NCBI GenBank assembly: GCA_013239625.1
Contig: MU053881.1
Coordinates: forward strand, 8,145,957 to 8,209,956
DNA from: Lama guanicoe
Taxonomy: Eukaryota
DNA length: 64,000 bases
Direction of reading: 5' to 3'
Under the pieces are notes generated by a model, which worked only from the letters and a program-made list of their open reading frames with translations, had not been told where the DNA came from and searched no databases. Position 1 is the first letter of the stretch. Each line of letters begins with the position of its first letter. The position numbers and the translations under genes are program-made. Shown piece after piece: positions 11,650-24,470 of this stretch.

Positions 11650-14600
11650 AATGTTGTCTTCTAGTCAGAAGGGGCCATGTCTGACATTTTTTTCAGGTGC
11701 CCCAATGCCTGTAACAGTATGTGATCCTACTGTGGCCTCTCAACAAACATTTCCTCAGTTATTATTAAAAATGAAATACATATATATCTCCTTGGAAACA
11801 AGAAACTTTCCCCTTCTCCTTCTTCTCCTTTTTTTTTTTTTTAATTTGGGACTAGTTACTAAGTATAAAGATAATTAAGGTAAGCCACGACTAGCTGCCC
11901 ATCTCCTTAGGAGGTTTTAATTAAAGCACCATAATTGGACATTGCAGGAATGAGATTATTAGGTTTATTTAGCCATTCCCCAAATTATCATGCCTCTGGT
12001 ATTTAAATCACATTCATTTATATTCTCGTCATAATTGCTCAAGTTCCATTGTCATTGCAGTCTGCTGTTGGCTTTTGAAAGGCCAGAGGCCAACAGGGAT
12101 GCTTCATTTGAATACTGGAATTAATTTATTTCCACATGCTCATGAGGCCACTGGATTTTCCGACTCATGCAGCACACAGGAAATACCCCATAAATGTTAG
12201 CTGCTACTGTGAGAATGACGGTCGGTCTTAGACTGGCCACTGCTGTGTCCGTGGGCAAGTGCATGCCTCTCTCAGGGCTTCTGTTTTCCCCCCATCTCCA
12301 TGGCCCTTTCTGGGTCTGAAGTCCAGTGACCTTTCCCCACTCACCTAGGCAGACAAGTTAGGACCTTTCACTTTTGAGGTGATGATCATTACCATTTTCC
12401 AGTGAGAAGGACAAAGACGGGGTGACAGGTGGGCAGGAGCCGTGTCCCTGGTTACCGCTCTTTTCTTTCTTCTCTCTCAGTACTGGAGGGGGAGTTGTGC
12501 CGTCGGCAGAGAGTGGACAGTCAGTATGGCATCCATGCTGATGACCGTGGGCACTTGCCCAGTGAGAGGTCTAGCTGGGGACGCATTCCTGCCCTCGTGC
12601 TCACTGGGGGCCCCTGGGCTGGGGAGCAGCTCCCTGGATGACCAGGAAGAGCTGGGAAGGGCCAAACACTCTGTTCCCCCCCGAGCTCTCCTCTGCCCTC
12701 CCTTAAGATGTCAGGCCACAGTCTGGGGAGTCTTGGGAGACACTTGAAGGCTAGGAATCTCAGCTTCCTCCTTGTCTGGCATGAAGGTAGCTTTGGCTCC
12801 AGATGGAAATTCCAGGGCTGCAGAGATGATTAAGAAAGGTGATGCGGGCCCCCAGAGGGGAGACAGGTACTTGACCCACATCGCCGTCTCCCTGTTCTGG
12901 AAGAGGACACCCTTCCACCCCAGGGCAGTAGCATCGTAGTGCTGGAACTGCAAGAGTTTCAAGAGCAGAAAGCTCAGGCGCTTGCTTAAAAATAAAGAAA
13001 GGAAGAGCAAGCCCACGTGCACGCCTAGGTTTCTAAGAGAACTTCTTAGAAAGTAAATTATGGGGATTCTGTGTGCCGCTCCATCATGACGCTCTGACTT
13101 AAGGCCCTTTCTCGGTCCGGGAGAGGAGAAGGTAGTACCAGGTGGCGGGCTGGCTCGAGGACCATGAGGATTCATGAGAGTCCTGGACCCGTCCTACGTC
13201 GGAAACAGCCACGTGGACGCAGGCAGCCGCACACCTAGAGAGCCGCCTTCCATCAAAGATGCGCCGAGACTCCTACCCAATATAAAGCCTCCGTTCCCCT
13301 CTGTCTCCGCCTCCTAGCTGTGGTCATGGAATTTGCCGGGTAGAGCAGTTGGTGTTTCCTCACTTTGTTCCCGTTGGAAATGTCCTGTCCCCTGCACGAC
13401 CCCTGCACGACCCTCTTCAGCCTCCACTTGTATGGACAGGAAAGGCTGGGAGGGATGGATTTGCTGACAGAGCTCAGTGGAGGGCCTAGGACACCTGACC
13501 GGCGCAGGTGAGCCAGGCACAGAGGGGCCCCAGGGCCTGGACAAATGGACATCGCTGTGTGGAAAGACATGGGCGTCAGGCACAAGAGTCCCGTCTCCTC
13601 TCCCCGTAGCCCCTCTGTCTCCCCACTCTGGGGCTGGTCCTGTGGACCCGAGCCCAGGGCACTCAGAACTCAGGGAGCCTCCCCTCGGGGTCCCTTTGGA
13701 GGGATCGCTCACCTCCGTGGTTTGGTGGCGTTCAGTCCCCACGTCTCCAAGGCTTCTGAGCCAGTTTCACCCACGTGTTCATCCTCTCACTCGCCCAAGG
13801 TGTGTTTATGGAGCGTTTTGTGTTGGGCCCTGTTTTAGGCACAGAGGATGTGCTAGTGAATCAGACAGAGAAGTCGCTGCCCTTGTAGAATTTCCCTTCT
13901 AGTCTCCACCTGTCCAGAGACAGAGGGCAAAGGGGAGGACTCCTGCCATCACAGCCATCAGAGGCCCAAAGGGAAGTGGGCTCGGTGCGTCCAGCATTGA
14001 TCAGGGAATGTTTCCGAGGAAGGCAAACCCATCTTTCAACCCCATCTTAAACCTGAAGTGTTCTGTTTCAACAAGAGGGTAACATGCTCGCCAAGTGTGA
14101 GTACCCAGCTGCGGGGCTGTTAGCCTGGGCGGCTGACAGAGGCTATAATTACCGCTGTTCCTCTCTGCGTAATTAAAGGTGTTGTTAGTGACCTGGTTAA
14201 GGAATCTTTTCAAAGGCTTGTTCGCTGTGACAACACCCCTTGAAGTGCAGCACACCCTTTCTTCAGAATCAGAGCCACCCTGTGAAAGACCCAGCTCGTT
14301 CCCAGGGGACTCGAGGCTGCAACCTGGGTCTGGTTTAAACAGAATTAATTTCTGCATAGATGTCAGAAGGGGCACCTCTGAAGAAACTCTGTTTCAGAAC
14401 TTCCCTGGTGCCCATGTGAGCCCTGGAATATATGTCTTTCTTCCCCTCTTTTCTGACACCACCCCCCCTCTAAGTAGCCTTTTGACAGATGAAAACAGGG
14501 ACGGCCACCCCACAGCCTGCACCTTAGCGGATGGAAAGGCAGGCGCTCAGACTCAGGACTCCATGGAGCCCCTCACATTTCCCACCCAGGAAGGTGTGGG

Positions 14601-15029
14601 GTGTGGAGCGTCTCCCTGGCTGGTCAGGGCACGAGCCTCTTGATGGGGCCAGGCTTGGCAGTTTGCTTTGGGGAGCCCCATCTGCACTTCAAAAGCCTTG
14701 ACATCTGAAGCCGAACCGCTCCCAGCCTCCCTCGGAGGATGCGGGTGAGGGACGGATGCCCTGCACATTGTGGGTCCTCTTTGCTCCCTGCAAAGAGATG
14801 GAGCGGAGGAGGGAAACCCGTCAGGTGTCTTACTCCTGCTTTCATTTTCCTAAAGAACAGTAGTTGATCTTTAGACCCAGAAAGGGCTTCAAAAACCACG
14901 CAGTCTAAACTTCTCGTTCACTGAGATGGCAGCAGAAAAAACTCAAGAGGGGATACTATCACCCGAGGTCCTACAATTAGTAACAGAGCCAGACCCAACA
15001 ACAGCACAGACAACATCGCTAAGCCCTGG

Positions 15030-15230
15030 CTCTGTGCCATGCATTCATCTAAATGCTTTGCGTGCATTGACTTCCTTTGCCTTCACAACAAAGCCATGCT
15101 CTGAAATAAGGATTATTGTTTCCCCCCATTTTACAGATGGGGAAAACTGAGGCACGGGGACATAAGGATGATAGGATAGAACCAGTGTTCAGACTGAGCC
15201 AGTCGGACTCCAGAGCCCACACTCTTGGCC
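15030..15230 (-). mobile_element. MIR SINE
   Basis: attattgtttccccccattttacagatggggaaaactgaggcac...gactccagagccc. Confidence 0.75.
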
Positions 15231-15511
15231 ACAACACTCTCATTCCTGATCTGATGCTCTTACAGGCTGGCTCTCTGGGGTTGCCATTTTCTCAGAAAGG
15301 TAAAGACTTTCCCCGTTTGGAACAAAGCCAGTACCACCTCTCTCTCTAAGAGAATGTTCCACTTGAAGATTTTAGTGTAAGTCGTCATCTCTCTGCCATT
15401 TTCCCTGGATCTCCATTAGATCCACTAGTGTGACGCTGGAGAGTTTGAAGTCCTTGCACCCTAGACATGAATATTTTCTCAAGTGTTCCAGCTAAGAGGA
15501 TATTTTTAAAT

Positions 15512-15535
15512 TGTGTGTGTGTGTGTGTGTGTGTG
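15512..15535. repeat. (TG)n microsatellite
   Basis: Directly visible TG run. Confidence 0.95.
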
Positions 15536-17016
15536 AAAGTGAGGCCAAGGGGAGTAAAAAATCTTTGATCACTGGATTGGCACTTTCTGACAACGTCAGC
15601 GTTCCAAATTAAGCCGTAGGCATCCATTTGAGCCCTTGCAGAAGGACCACCCCCAGGTGTAAGGACTATCGAATGCAGAGAGAAGACCCTCCACTTTGAG
15701 TCTCACTCAGCATCCAGATGAGAACTTGGCCCAGGCCCAGTCTGTCCTCTGATTCAACCACTCTAGCAAGACTGTCTCCGGCTTCCCAGCCTCAGCTTCT
15801 CCAGTGAACAGGGGCCAAACCAAAATCATCTTGCCCTACAGACATTTTCCGTGTTTTGTGTTTAATCTGTCTCCAAGAGCCCCCAGCCAGACGTTCCATG
15901 TCTGAGCAGCGAGAAGATTTGCAGAGTGAATCTGAGTTTGATCCCAGCCTGTGGCCCTTTGCTCTGGGAGGGGGATGTGGAAAGACACTGAAGTAACTCC
16001 AGCTGGCTGGATCCCCAGGTGTGGGATAAAGGTCCTGAGAAGGCCACTGGGTTGAGTTTATCTTTCGGACCATAGTGTCCACATTTGGAAAACCAACCAA
16101 GGTTTGAGATTCTTACCTCGCTTTGAAGAAATAGTCGTAGCCTGAAAACTTACACTGTATCTGTAAAATGTTTGAATTTACTTTTCCCATCAGAGGGTGG
16201 ATGTGACCACCAGAGAAAGTGATTAAGATTCTTGTGACTCTTTGAATCTTGAGTTAGTTTGCTAATGTATATATTTATCTTCATTTGGCTTTCTAAATAA
16301 ACTCCTTCAGTGCCATTTTCTTGGGGTTTTACCACTTTGCTTTAAATTCACATGGGTTCTCACCTCAAACAAAATTAAGACTCCAATGTATGTAGTCACT
16401 TGTGTTTTTTCTAATGAGATAAGTTCTAGTTGCATGTTCCCTGGACATAAAAGCTGTTTGAAAAGGCCTCAGCTGTCACTGCTGATGGCTGTATTGACAC
16501 TTGGACAGAACGGTGCCCCAGATGGGGAAATTCTGCCACCTTTTTTCCTCCCACCTGGCTTTGATAGTGACTTGCAGCCACCAGAGAAAGGGATGAAGGT
16601 GTGTCTACACTCAGTATCCAAGCCCCAGATAAAAGCCCCAAGCCCTGGGGTGTCATTCAGACGTTGGACCCCCTGGAAAAGTAGTCCCAGTGTAGGCTCT
16701 TTGCATGCTAGTGGTATATTTTCACGCGTGATTGACTCTGAGAGCAAGTCTGTCTCTGAAAGACTAGGAAGATAGGATGACAGAGCAGGTGGAACAAGCC
16801 AAAAATAGTCGAGTTAAGGTCAGACTCCCTCCTCTTGGCTGACTGCTTAGCCAGCGGCAGCTCTGTCTCCCAGATGAGGGGCGATGTCAGCTGGTGGTCA
16901 TTTTTCAGGTAGCTGATCAGGTAGCACTGCCTCCTTGGGAAGCCGGGTAAGGGGCACGGAAGCCCGGGCGGCTCCTGACACTGACATGAGTTGACCGTCG
17001 TGTTCTGGCCCCACAG

Positions 17017-17158
17017 GCCCCCACTCGGAGCCTCCGTCCTGCAACACCAACTCCATCTCCTGCCCTTCAGCCTGCACTTGCAGTAATAACATCGTGGACT
17101 GTCGAGGGAAGGGCTTGACGGAGATCCCCGCCAACTTGCCAGAGGGCATCGTCGAAAT
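17017..17158 (+). CDS. SLIT3: SLIT3 exon (inferred exon 9), linker and LRRNT cap of D2
   Basis: ccacag| acceptor, 142 nt, |gtaagt donor; (G)[46 protein letters not shown](I); phase matches neighbouring exons. Confidence 0.97.
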
Positions 17159-17354
17159 GTAAGTGCCTGTCTGCCTCCCTCTGTCCCTGGGAGCTCACCT
17201 CTGGGGCTCAGCCAGCACTCCCCACCCCCACCCCGCAGGCTGGCAGCGTGCTGGGCTGGTGCAGCTGCCTGTTGAAAACACTCAGCCACCTCTTTGCTCT
17301 CCTCGCAGGCTTTCCCAGGTACAATGTGCTCAGGGCTCAAGAGCATAGACGCTA

Positions 17355-17571
17355 GAGCACAGTCAACAAACAGTGGCCCGTGGGCCAAGTATGTCCACCA
17401 CCTGCTTTGGTAAATAAAGTTTTACTGGGACACAGCCATGCCCGTCCATTTATGTGTTGTCTCTGGCTGTCCTTGTAAGGCATTACTGAGTAGATGTAAT
17501 GAAGGAACTTACAACCCACCAAGCCTCATAGACCTCCCGTCTGGCCCTTTACAGTGTTGGCCAGTCCCTGC
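17355..17571. mobile_element. MER58A-like hAT-Charlie element
   Basis: ggcccgtgggccaa...tttggtaaataaagttttactgggacacagccatgcccgtccatttatgtgttgtctctggctg...ctggccctttacag resembles MER58A. Confidence 0.8.
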
Positions 17572-17594
17572 CCTGGAGTCCCCCGTGGTTATAA

Positions 17595-17770
17595 CCCGGC
17601 CCTTCCGTGTACTAGCTGTGTGATTAGGGGCAAAATAATTGCTCTCTTTCATCTCTAATTTTCTCATTTACAGTAATGTGATAATTATAGTATAACTCAG
17701 CAGGTCATTGTGAAAACTAAATGAGATATCGCATGTAAAGCATTTAATTCAGTCCCTGACACGTGGGCAA
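17595..17770 (+). mobile_element. MIR SINE
   Basis: tactagctgtgtga...ttctcatttac...ttgtgaaaactaaatgagatatcgcatgtaaagcattt. Confidence 0.7.
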
Positions 17771-18352
17771 GCCTTCTAAAAAGTGGTGCTGGTGCTGGTG
17801 GAAAGTATATGAATAACGAACTGACTTCGTAACTACCGTTTTCCAAGCAAGACATTGCGCTCTTAATCATGTCAAATGAGATTATTGTCATCTAGATTGG
17901 ACCTTTAGGTAACGAGACAAGATTGTGTGTGTCCATGTGTGGGCACAGATGTCCAAAATTCCAGTCAAATTTGTTTATTCATGGAGCTCAGTTTATCTAC
18001 TCTTCGTTATACGTTAGAAAACGGCCAGTGTCTCGTTCTGGGTTGAGTGGAGAGTCGGTGAACACTGACCTCAAGGTCACTCTTTAAATGACAATAACTG
18101 TTTTCATCTTCTACCTTCACCTTTCGATGGCTTTATTAAACACCTGATTAGATGGAACCCCCCTCCAACTGAAAACATCATTCGATAAAATCTCTCCAGA
18201 TAAAAGATACTGTATACATCTCCCCCATCTCTCTGCTTCATCTCCTTCTCCCCCTCCTCCCCTGCCTGTGCTTCCTCCTCCCCCTTGGCCTCCTCCTCTC
18301 ATGCATGCCCTCTGTTCCCAGTGCATTCCAGTAGATGACCCCACTGACTCTT

Positions 18353-18790
18353 TCATTCATTCAACAAACACCTGTTGTGAGCCCACTGTGTTCCAATCAT
18401 TGTTCTGTGTTTAGGGAGCAGCAATGAACAAAATAGACAAAATTCCTGCCTTTATGGTGCTTGCATTCCAGTAAAGGGAAGAACACAATAAACAACCCAA
18501 AGTAAATTGGGTAATATATTAGAATATGGCATGTTCTGTGAAGAAAAATAAAGAAGTGAGAAAAAAGACAAGTGGATATCTGGAGGAACAGTATTGCTGA
18601 CAGCAGGAACAGCATGTGCAAAGGCCCTGAGGTAGAACTATGCCTGGTATTCCAGAAGGCCAGTATGGCCGGAGTGGAGTAAACACAAGGGAGAATGTTA
18701 GGGGTTGAGGTCAGAGGGGTAGTGAGGGGCCAGATCATGGGGGTATTTTAAGAACTTTGGTTTCACCTTGATTGAAATGAGAAGAAACAT
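18353..18790 (-). mobile_element. L2 3' portion
   Basis: tcattcattcaacaaacac (reverse complement of the L2 tail), then gaacagcatgtgcaaaggccctgaggtag and ggccagatcatg, typical L2 motifs. Confidence 0.8.
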
Positions 18791-20299
18791 ATAACTTAAC
18801 AACAGGGGAGCCTTGGTTTCTTCTTCCTTCATCTGCTTTGCCAGCATTTCTCTGATTTCCTGATCAACTTTCTTCCCCAGCCCCAGGGGACACAGTCTAT
18901 GCCTCCACACTCTTCCGGTAGGCAGGAGCTAGTCAGCCAAGTGTTTTTTTCCCCTGACATCAGTACCTCCTATGCTTTCCTCCATCATCATTCAGTCCTC
19001 AGTTTACTTTCAACAAGACCCAACCATGAATTCCCTTCGTGTCTTGCCATGAGTTGCCTTCGCTCCTCGTCGTCCATTGCTCTAGCCCTGGAGAACCCTT
19101 CTTGTCCCGAAGCTCACTCAGACCTCTGCAGCGCTCCCGCTCAGCGCCTCCTTCCACCCTTCTTCCACCCTCTCTCCCTGTTCCTGTCCCTCCTCACTTC
19201 CCTTCCACACGCTTTCCCCTTTTCTTTTTTCTCCCTCCTTTGATCCATCCCCTCCCCCCCTTTACCTCCCCCCATCCATGATCTTTCCACTTCCCTCCAC
19301 AGTTTAGTGTCTTTCTCCACCCAGTTAACCCTGTGCTCCTGGTCACAAGACCCTCCCACCTCCCTCTCCATCCATGCCAGGACTCTGGTCCTCCCAACAT
19401 AGATGTCAAGACAGAATTCCTGCCAACGTTCATCTCATTTCAGATTCCCATACATCACTGCTTTCTTTCTCTGCCCCACCTCCTTCCTCTTTCCCTTCAT
19501 CTGCCAGGTTTTCTCTTTTCTCCTTGGCCGCCACAGACTGTCCCTTGACCAGGTCTCAAACCACAGCCTGATGGAAGATGCCAGTCCAGTAGTCAAGCTG
19601 GAACCACTGACCCCCACCTCAGCCCTGATTCTGGAGCTCTGGGCCTGCCCGCCCTCCTCTCCTGCTCCACCTCCCTAGACCCCCAGCCTGGGCCCCACAG
19701 GCACACAACGCGGGGGTCTGGGGGGCAGAAGTGGCAGGCGTCCACATCAGAGGTGGGAGGCCAGACTACACCTGGGTTCTCAGGCTCACGCCTGGACGCT
19801 GAACTTTAACAGGAACATTGACAAGCCACACTGGTTACTTCTGCAGGGCTGTCCGCTAATTACTGAGTTTTTCCTTAAATGAGGTAAAGCAAGAAGAACA
19901 AGCACAATGTGATGTTTTTTCCATTGAGCAAAATTATCCCATTTAAAGAAGTGCCCTTTATTTTAAATTTCTAGACCTCCTTATTCTGTTATTGTTGTTA
20001 AAAATACTCTTCATTTCATAAAATGATGGCCACTGAAGAAAGAGTACCTGTGTAGTATAAATATCTATTTAATTACACTGTACTTACTATATAATTATAA
20101 ATATATGTCTGTATATAGATACATGTTACGTATGACAGACACACAGAAATTGCCTTAACTGGCAAACTAAGAGGTCTGTAACCAACTCGCCTGTGAAATC
20201 TTAGTCTGGGAATGGCCAACCTAGCTGGAGTGCTCCTAAATATAAGCAGCCACAAACAACCACCAGCGTCTACACCACCAAGCCGAGTGTAGACCACGG

Positions 20300-20516
20300 A
20301 TTCAGGCAGACCCACATTCTAGCTCTGGCCCTGCCTGTTAGCCTTTGGCAAATAACGATTCTGAGTCTTGGTTTCCTCAACTGAAAAATACAGAGGCTGG
20401 CGGTACCTTCTCAACAGTTTCTGTGAAAGTTAAATGAATCTGTGCTGTCAGGTGCTCAGCACTGGGTCTGGCACGTAGGAGATGCTGCAATAGGATTAGC
20501 ACTGATTATTATTACT
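20300..20516 (+). mobile_element. MIR SINE
   Basis: tctgagtcttggtttcctcaactgaaaaat...gtgaaagttaaatgaa...gtgctcagcactgggtctggcacgtagga. Confidence 0.65.
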
Positions 20517-20651
20517 GTATTTTTTTTTTAATTTCGGCGATGGTAGGGAGGTAATTAGGTTTATTTATCTTTAGAGGAGGGACTGGGGATTGAACCCAGG
20601 ACCTCGTGCATGCTAAGCACGTGCTCTACCACTTGAGCTACCCCCTCCCTC
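20517..20651 (-). mobile_element. tRNA-Ala-derived SINE, vic-1-like, inserted at the end of a MIR
   Basis: Reverse complement of the SINE head; TSD agcactgattattattact (20498-20516) and agcactggttattattact (20652-20670). Confidence 0.9.
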
Positions 20652-23600
20652 AGCACTGGTTATTATTACTTTGCTACAACTGTTGCTACTATGGCCATCA
20701 CTCTTGTTAGGTGTGGTGAGGGGGGTCAGAGACCACATCACAGGAGCTGGAGCCACCTACACCAGAGACCCCTCCATAAAGCCAGGTCAGTTCTTTGAAA
20801 GTTAGGGTTGAGAGAAGAGGTTCGAGGACAAGGCTCGCCACTTTAGTTATGAACTGAGCCTGCAGTGGATCATCTTCGTGCACATGGATGCAGACGTGGA
20901 AATAAGGCCGCCGCTTACCAGGCAGCCCCGGCCCACCAGACAGATTGCCCAGGACTTCTCTTTCTGTGCTAGCCCCACTCTCCTCTGTGCTAGAATGAAG
21001 CTGGGACATTGAAGCAGATGAGGCAAGACTCGCTGGTTAGATGCTGGGCGGGAGTGACCTCTAAGACAGAACTTTGCAGAGGACATCTGCTCATTCATTA
21101 AGGCAGCAAAGCTCGTGCCTGGTGATCTGTGCATTGGCCGAAAAGTCTTTAAAGCAACTAAAATTCATCCTCTATCAGTGAGAGAAGGCCAGCAGATGGG
21201 GGAGGTTGAAAGATGAGAAAGAAGGAGCCGAGAGTAGAAACTAGGTTGCACCCTAGGACACAGAGGATGTGTCTGATTGATCATCTCAGAGACATCTGAG
21301 TGTGACTTCTCTTTTCACTGTCTCGAATTCTGCCTCGTGTCTATGGCCGTGCACATAATCCCAGTTTCTCCTTTCTCCTTAGGGAGGCTTGGCGTCTTTC
21401 TAGGCTCTCCATTCCCTACACGTGCAATCCTTACCTGGTAGTGATGCCCTTAAACCTTGGGAGGGGTTCTGCACGCCCCAACATTTTGGAGAAGGAAGGG
21501 CTATCTCTCATGCAAAGCTAGCTGGCAGTCTCTGAGATTTTTTTCCAAAGCCAAAGCAGCTCAGAGAAGCGTGCGCTGGTCTCCCCGCATAGCAGAGCCA
21601 ATTCCGCTAAAAATAGCTTTCTTCCAGAGAACCCACAGCGAGACAGTTCACTGCAGATTTTCCTCGAAACTGAGCTCCCACCAGCGGCACTGTTCTTGCT
21701 GCTCCCTGTCGTTTCTCTGAACCCGCTCCAGCCTCCAGCAGGGATAGATTCTGGGAAGAGCCAGAGGCCCACACGTTCTTCTGTTCGGTGATCCTCGGTC
21801 CACCCTCCTGGGTCCTCAAGGCTCAAGAAGGGCCATCTGTATGTACCTAGAACCTCTTCTCAATCTCTGTTCCATCCTCTTCCATTTTTGCTCTATACCC
21901 TGACATACTGTTGTCCGGTGTCTCATGCTCTCGACTATATGAGTAAATTTAGTTGATGGAGGACAGCTGTGGGTGGGCTCAACTGTCAAGTCTTACATGA
22001 AAGCATCATGGGAAAAGGCAGCCCCAGTTTCCACCTAGCGTCCCCTCAACCCCACTGTGTATCTGGGGTGGGGAGATAAGCAATGATTTATCCACTTAAT
22101 AAAAGCAAATGTGCCCCATGACTCTGGTCATCAGGGAATTTTAAAAAGAAAGAGAAGTTTAAAAAAGAAAAAAAAAAAGCAGCCCAAAGAACAAAAGGGC
22201 TGGAGGGCTCTGGAAATCATCTTCTGGGGTTCTGAGCACCCCAGGCTTCTGAGGGACTGCCATGTGGAAGGAGGGGCATGCGGGGGGGGTGGGGACAGGT
22301 GGAAGAAAGGGGAAGCCAGTCAGGCAGCAGAATAATTAAGAACGGAGCCTCGAGATAAACAGTCCCAGGTCTGAATCTCGAGTCTGCCGCTTACTTTGTG
22401 TACCTTTCTTGACACCTTGTGCCTCACTCAGTTCCCATCTTTGCAAAGTGAGGCTCCTCATACCTACTAGAGATTCTCCCGTGAAGATTAAATAGTAGAA
22501 CAATTGTGTCGAAAGTCAGCGCAATACTTGCCGGCTCCAAAAGGGAATCCAACAAGGACAAGCGTGTGCACATGTCACACATGTGATGGGGTAGAATGCC
22601 TTTAGTCTCAAGTTCTCATATTAGTCTTCATTCATTTTTTTTTTCCTAAGTTGATGACAAAGATTTCTCTGTGGAGGCCTCTGGGAATACGCCTATAACA
22701 AGAGGAAAGATGACTCTGGGTCCGCACCTCTGTTTTTCCGTAGGCCACGCCAGGTACTCTGCAGAGCTGGTTAGGAACAACTCATGTCACATATGCCCTC
22801 ATGCCTCATCTTTGTCATTATTATGTTAATAATGCTACTTGCTTTGTAGCATTGTTGAAGGATTAAATGAGCCAGTGCATGAAGAGTTCCGTGTCCGGTA
22901 CATAAAAGGACCCCAGTAAATGGTAGCTGTCATCATTATTGCAACCAAAATTCCAGCCCGGTTCCAGAACCTCTTTATCAGGTGACTTGTTGCCATGTCC
23001 CTGCACTGGCTGTGCCCCTGCCAGTCCCTGTGGCATCATGTTGACTTATGCATTGCTAGAAATATGTTGTGTTCGGTGGCATGTTTGCAAAATGACAGAT
23101 CATTAAGGAAGCACCAAGGAACTAGGGCAAATCAATACAGAGCGCAAATGGCTGAAATCCCCATCAGATGGTCCCATTGTTTTTACTGGTGCCAGAAGAT
23201 GCTCAGATGTTTGATTTGTATGTTTGTTTTTATGCTGGTTCTATTAAATCAGTTTGCAGCCTGAAGAATGTTTGCCAGACAAAGAAAGACACATGTGCCA
23301 GTTAGGAGAGGCGGAAGACAGCCGTTGGCTTCAGACACATCCCTAAATGTGACAGTTTTTTCGGATGCTAATGCTTCTGTTTGTCCTTCACACTGCATTT
23401 TTGTCACTGGGACTACGGATCTTTGCATGCGTGTTCCAGGCCGTGTAAAACTCACCAGAGGCTACCTGCTGCATAGAGCCTGTGTGTGTGCCCACGCACC
23501 CGTGCGGGCACACACACAGTCCGGATGTCCTCCCTTGACCAAGGGGCCATTTCCCTGAGGAGGAGCAGGCAGTGAATAAAAGAATGGAGGTGCCTTGGCT

Positions 23601-23654
23601 CCAAATGGTATTCAGTGCAGCTCAGTGACTGAGTGTGCGGGCTTTCCAATTGGA

Positions 23655-23840
23655 TGAACTTGAGTTTGAGACTCAGACTTTGTGAATTTGGACAAGTGAC
23701 TTAACACCTCTGAGCCTCAGTGTTCTCATGTATAAAGTGGAGATATTGATGGCAAATAGGATCTGCCTCCGAGAGGTGTAAATATGAAGTTAGATGAACC
23801 ACGCAAAGCCCTCAGCCTAATGCCTGACTGTAAGCACCTG
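23655..23840 (+). mobile_element. MIR SINE
   Basis: ggacaagtgacttaacacctctgagcctcagtgttctcatgtataaagtggagata. Confidence 0.7.
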
Positions 23841-23877
23841 ATACTCGTTCGCTCTTACAGGTGTTCGCCTTAACTTT

Positions 23878-24470
23878 GTTTATTTTTTGTTTTTTAATTT
23901 TATTTTTATTGAATTACAGATGGTTTACAATGTTGTTTCAGTTTCTGGTGTACAGCATAATGTTTCAGTCATACATAGACACACCTAGATTCCTTTTCAT
24001 ATTCTTGTTCATTATAGGTTATTACAAGATATTGAATACAGTTCCCTGTGCTGTACAGAAGAAACTTCTCTATTTTATTCATAGTAGTTAGTATCTGCAA
24101 ATCTCAAAACTCCCAATTTATTCCTGCCCACCCCCTTCCCCTGCTGGTAACCACAGGTTTGTTTTCTATGTCTGTGAGCCTGTTTCTGTTTTGTAAATAA
24201 GTTCATTTGTGTCATTTTTTTTAGATTCCACACATAAGTGATATCATATGGTATTTTTCTTTCTCTTTCTGACTTACTTCACTTAGAGTGACATTCTCCA
24301 GGTCCATTTGTGTTGCTGCAAGTGGCACTATTTGATTCCTTTTTATGGCTGAGTAGTATTCCATTGTGTGTGTATGTATGTATATGTACCATATATACCA
24401 CAACCTCTTTATCCAGCCATCCATCGATGGACATTTAGGTTGTTTCCATGTCTTGGCTATTGTAAATACC
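23878..24470 (-). mobile_element. 5'-truncated L1 (3' end)
   Basis: T-rich left end; minus-strand ORF includes MEYYSAIKRNQIVPLAATQMDLENVTLSEVSQKEKEKYHMISLMCGI, typical of the L1 ORF2 C-terminus; possible TSD tcgccttaacttt (23865-23877) / tcaccttaacttt (24471-24483). Confidence 0.9.

Noticed and set aside
13390..13414. Short tandem duplication (ccctgcacgac x2) and similar micro-duplications near 52030 and 52840
   Set aside because: Ordinary slippage events; no array or spacer structure, not CRISPR-like.
16708..17388. 226-aa minus-strand ORF, longest in the track
   Set aside because: Antisense to SLIT3 exon 9 in GC-rich sequence; no recognisable domain.
19100..19520. Long pyrimidine-rich tract
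   Set aside because: Low complexity and next to an L2; probably a decayed repeat, with no exon following.
24221..24424. ORF resembling a protein C-terminus
   Set aside because: Decayed L1 ORF2 end in a truncated element, not a host gene.
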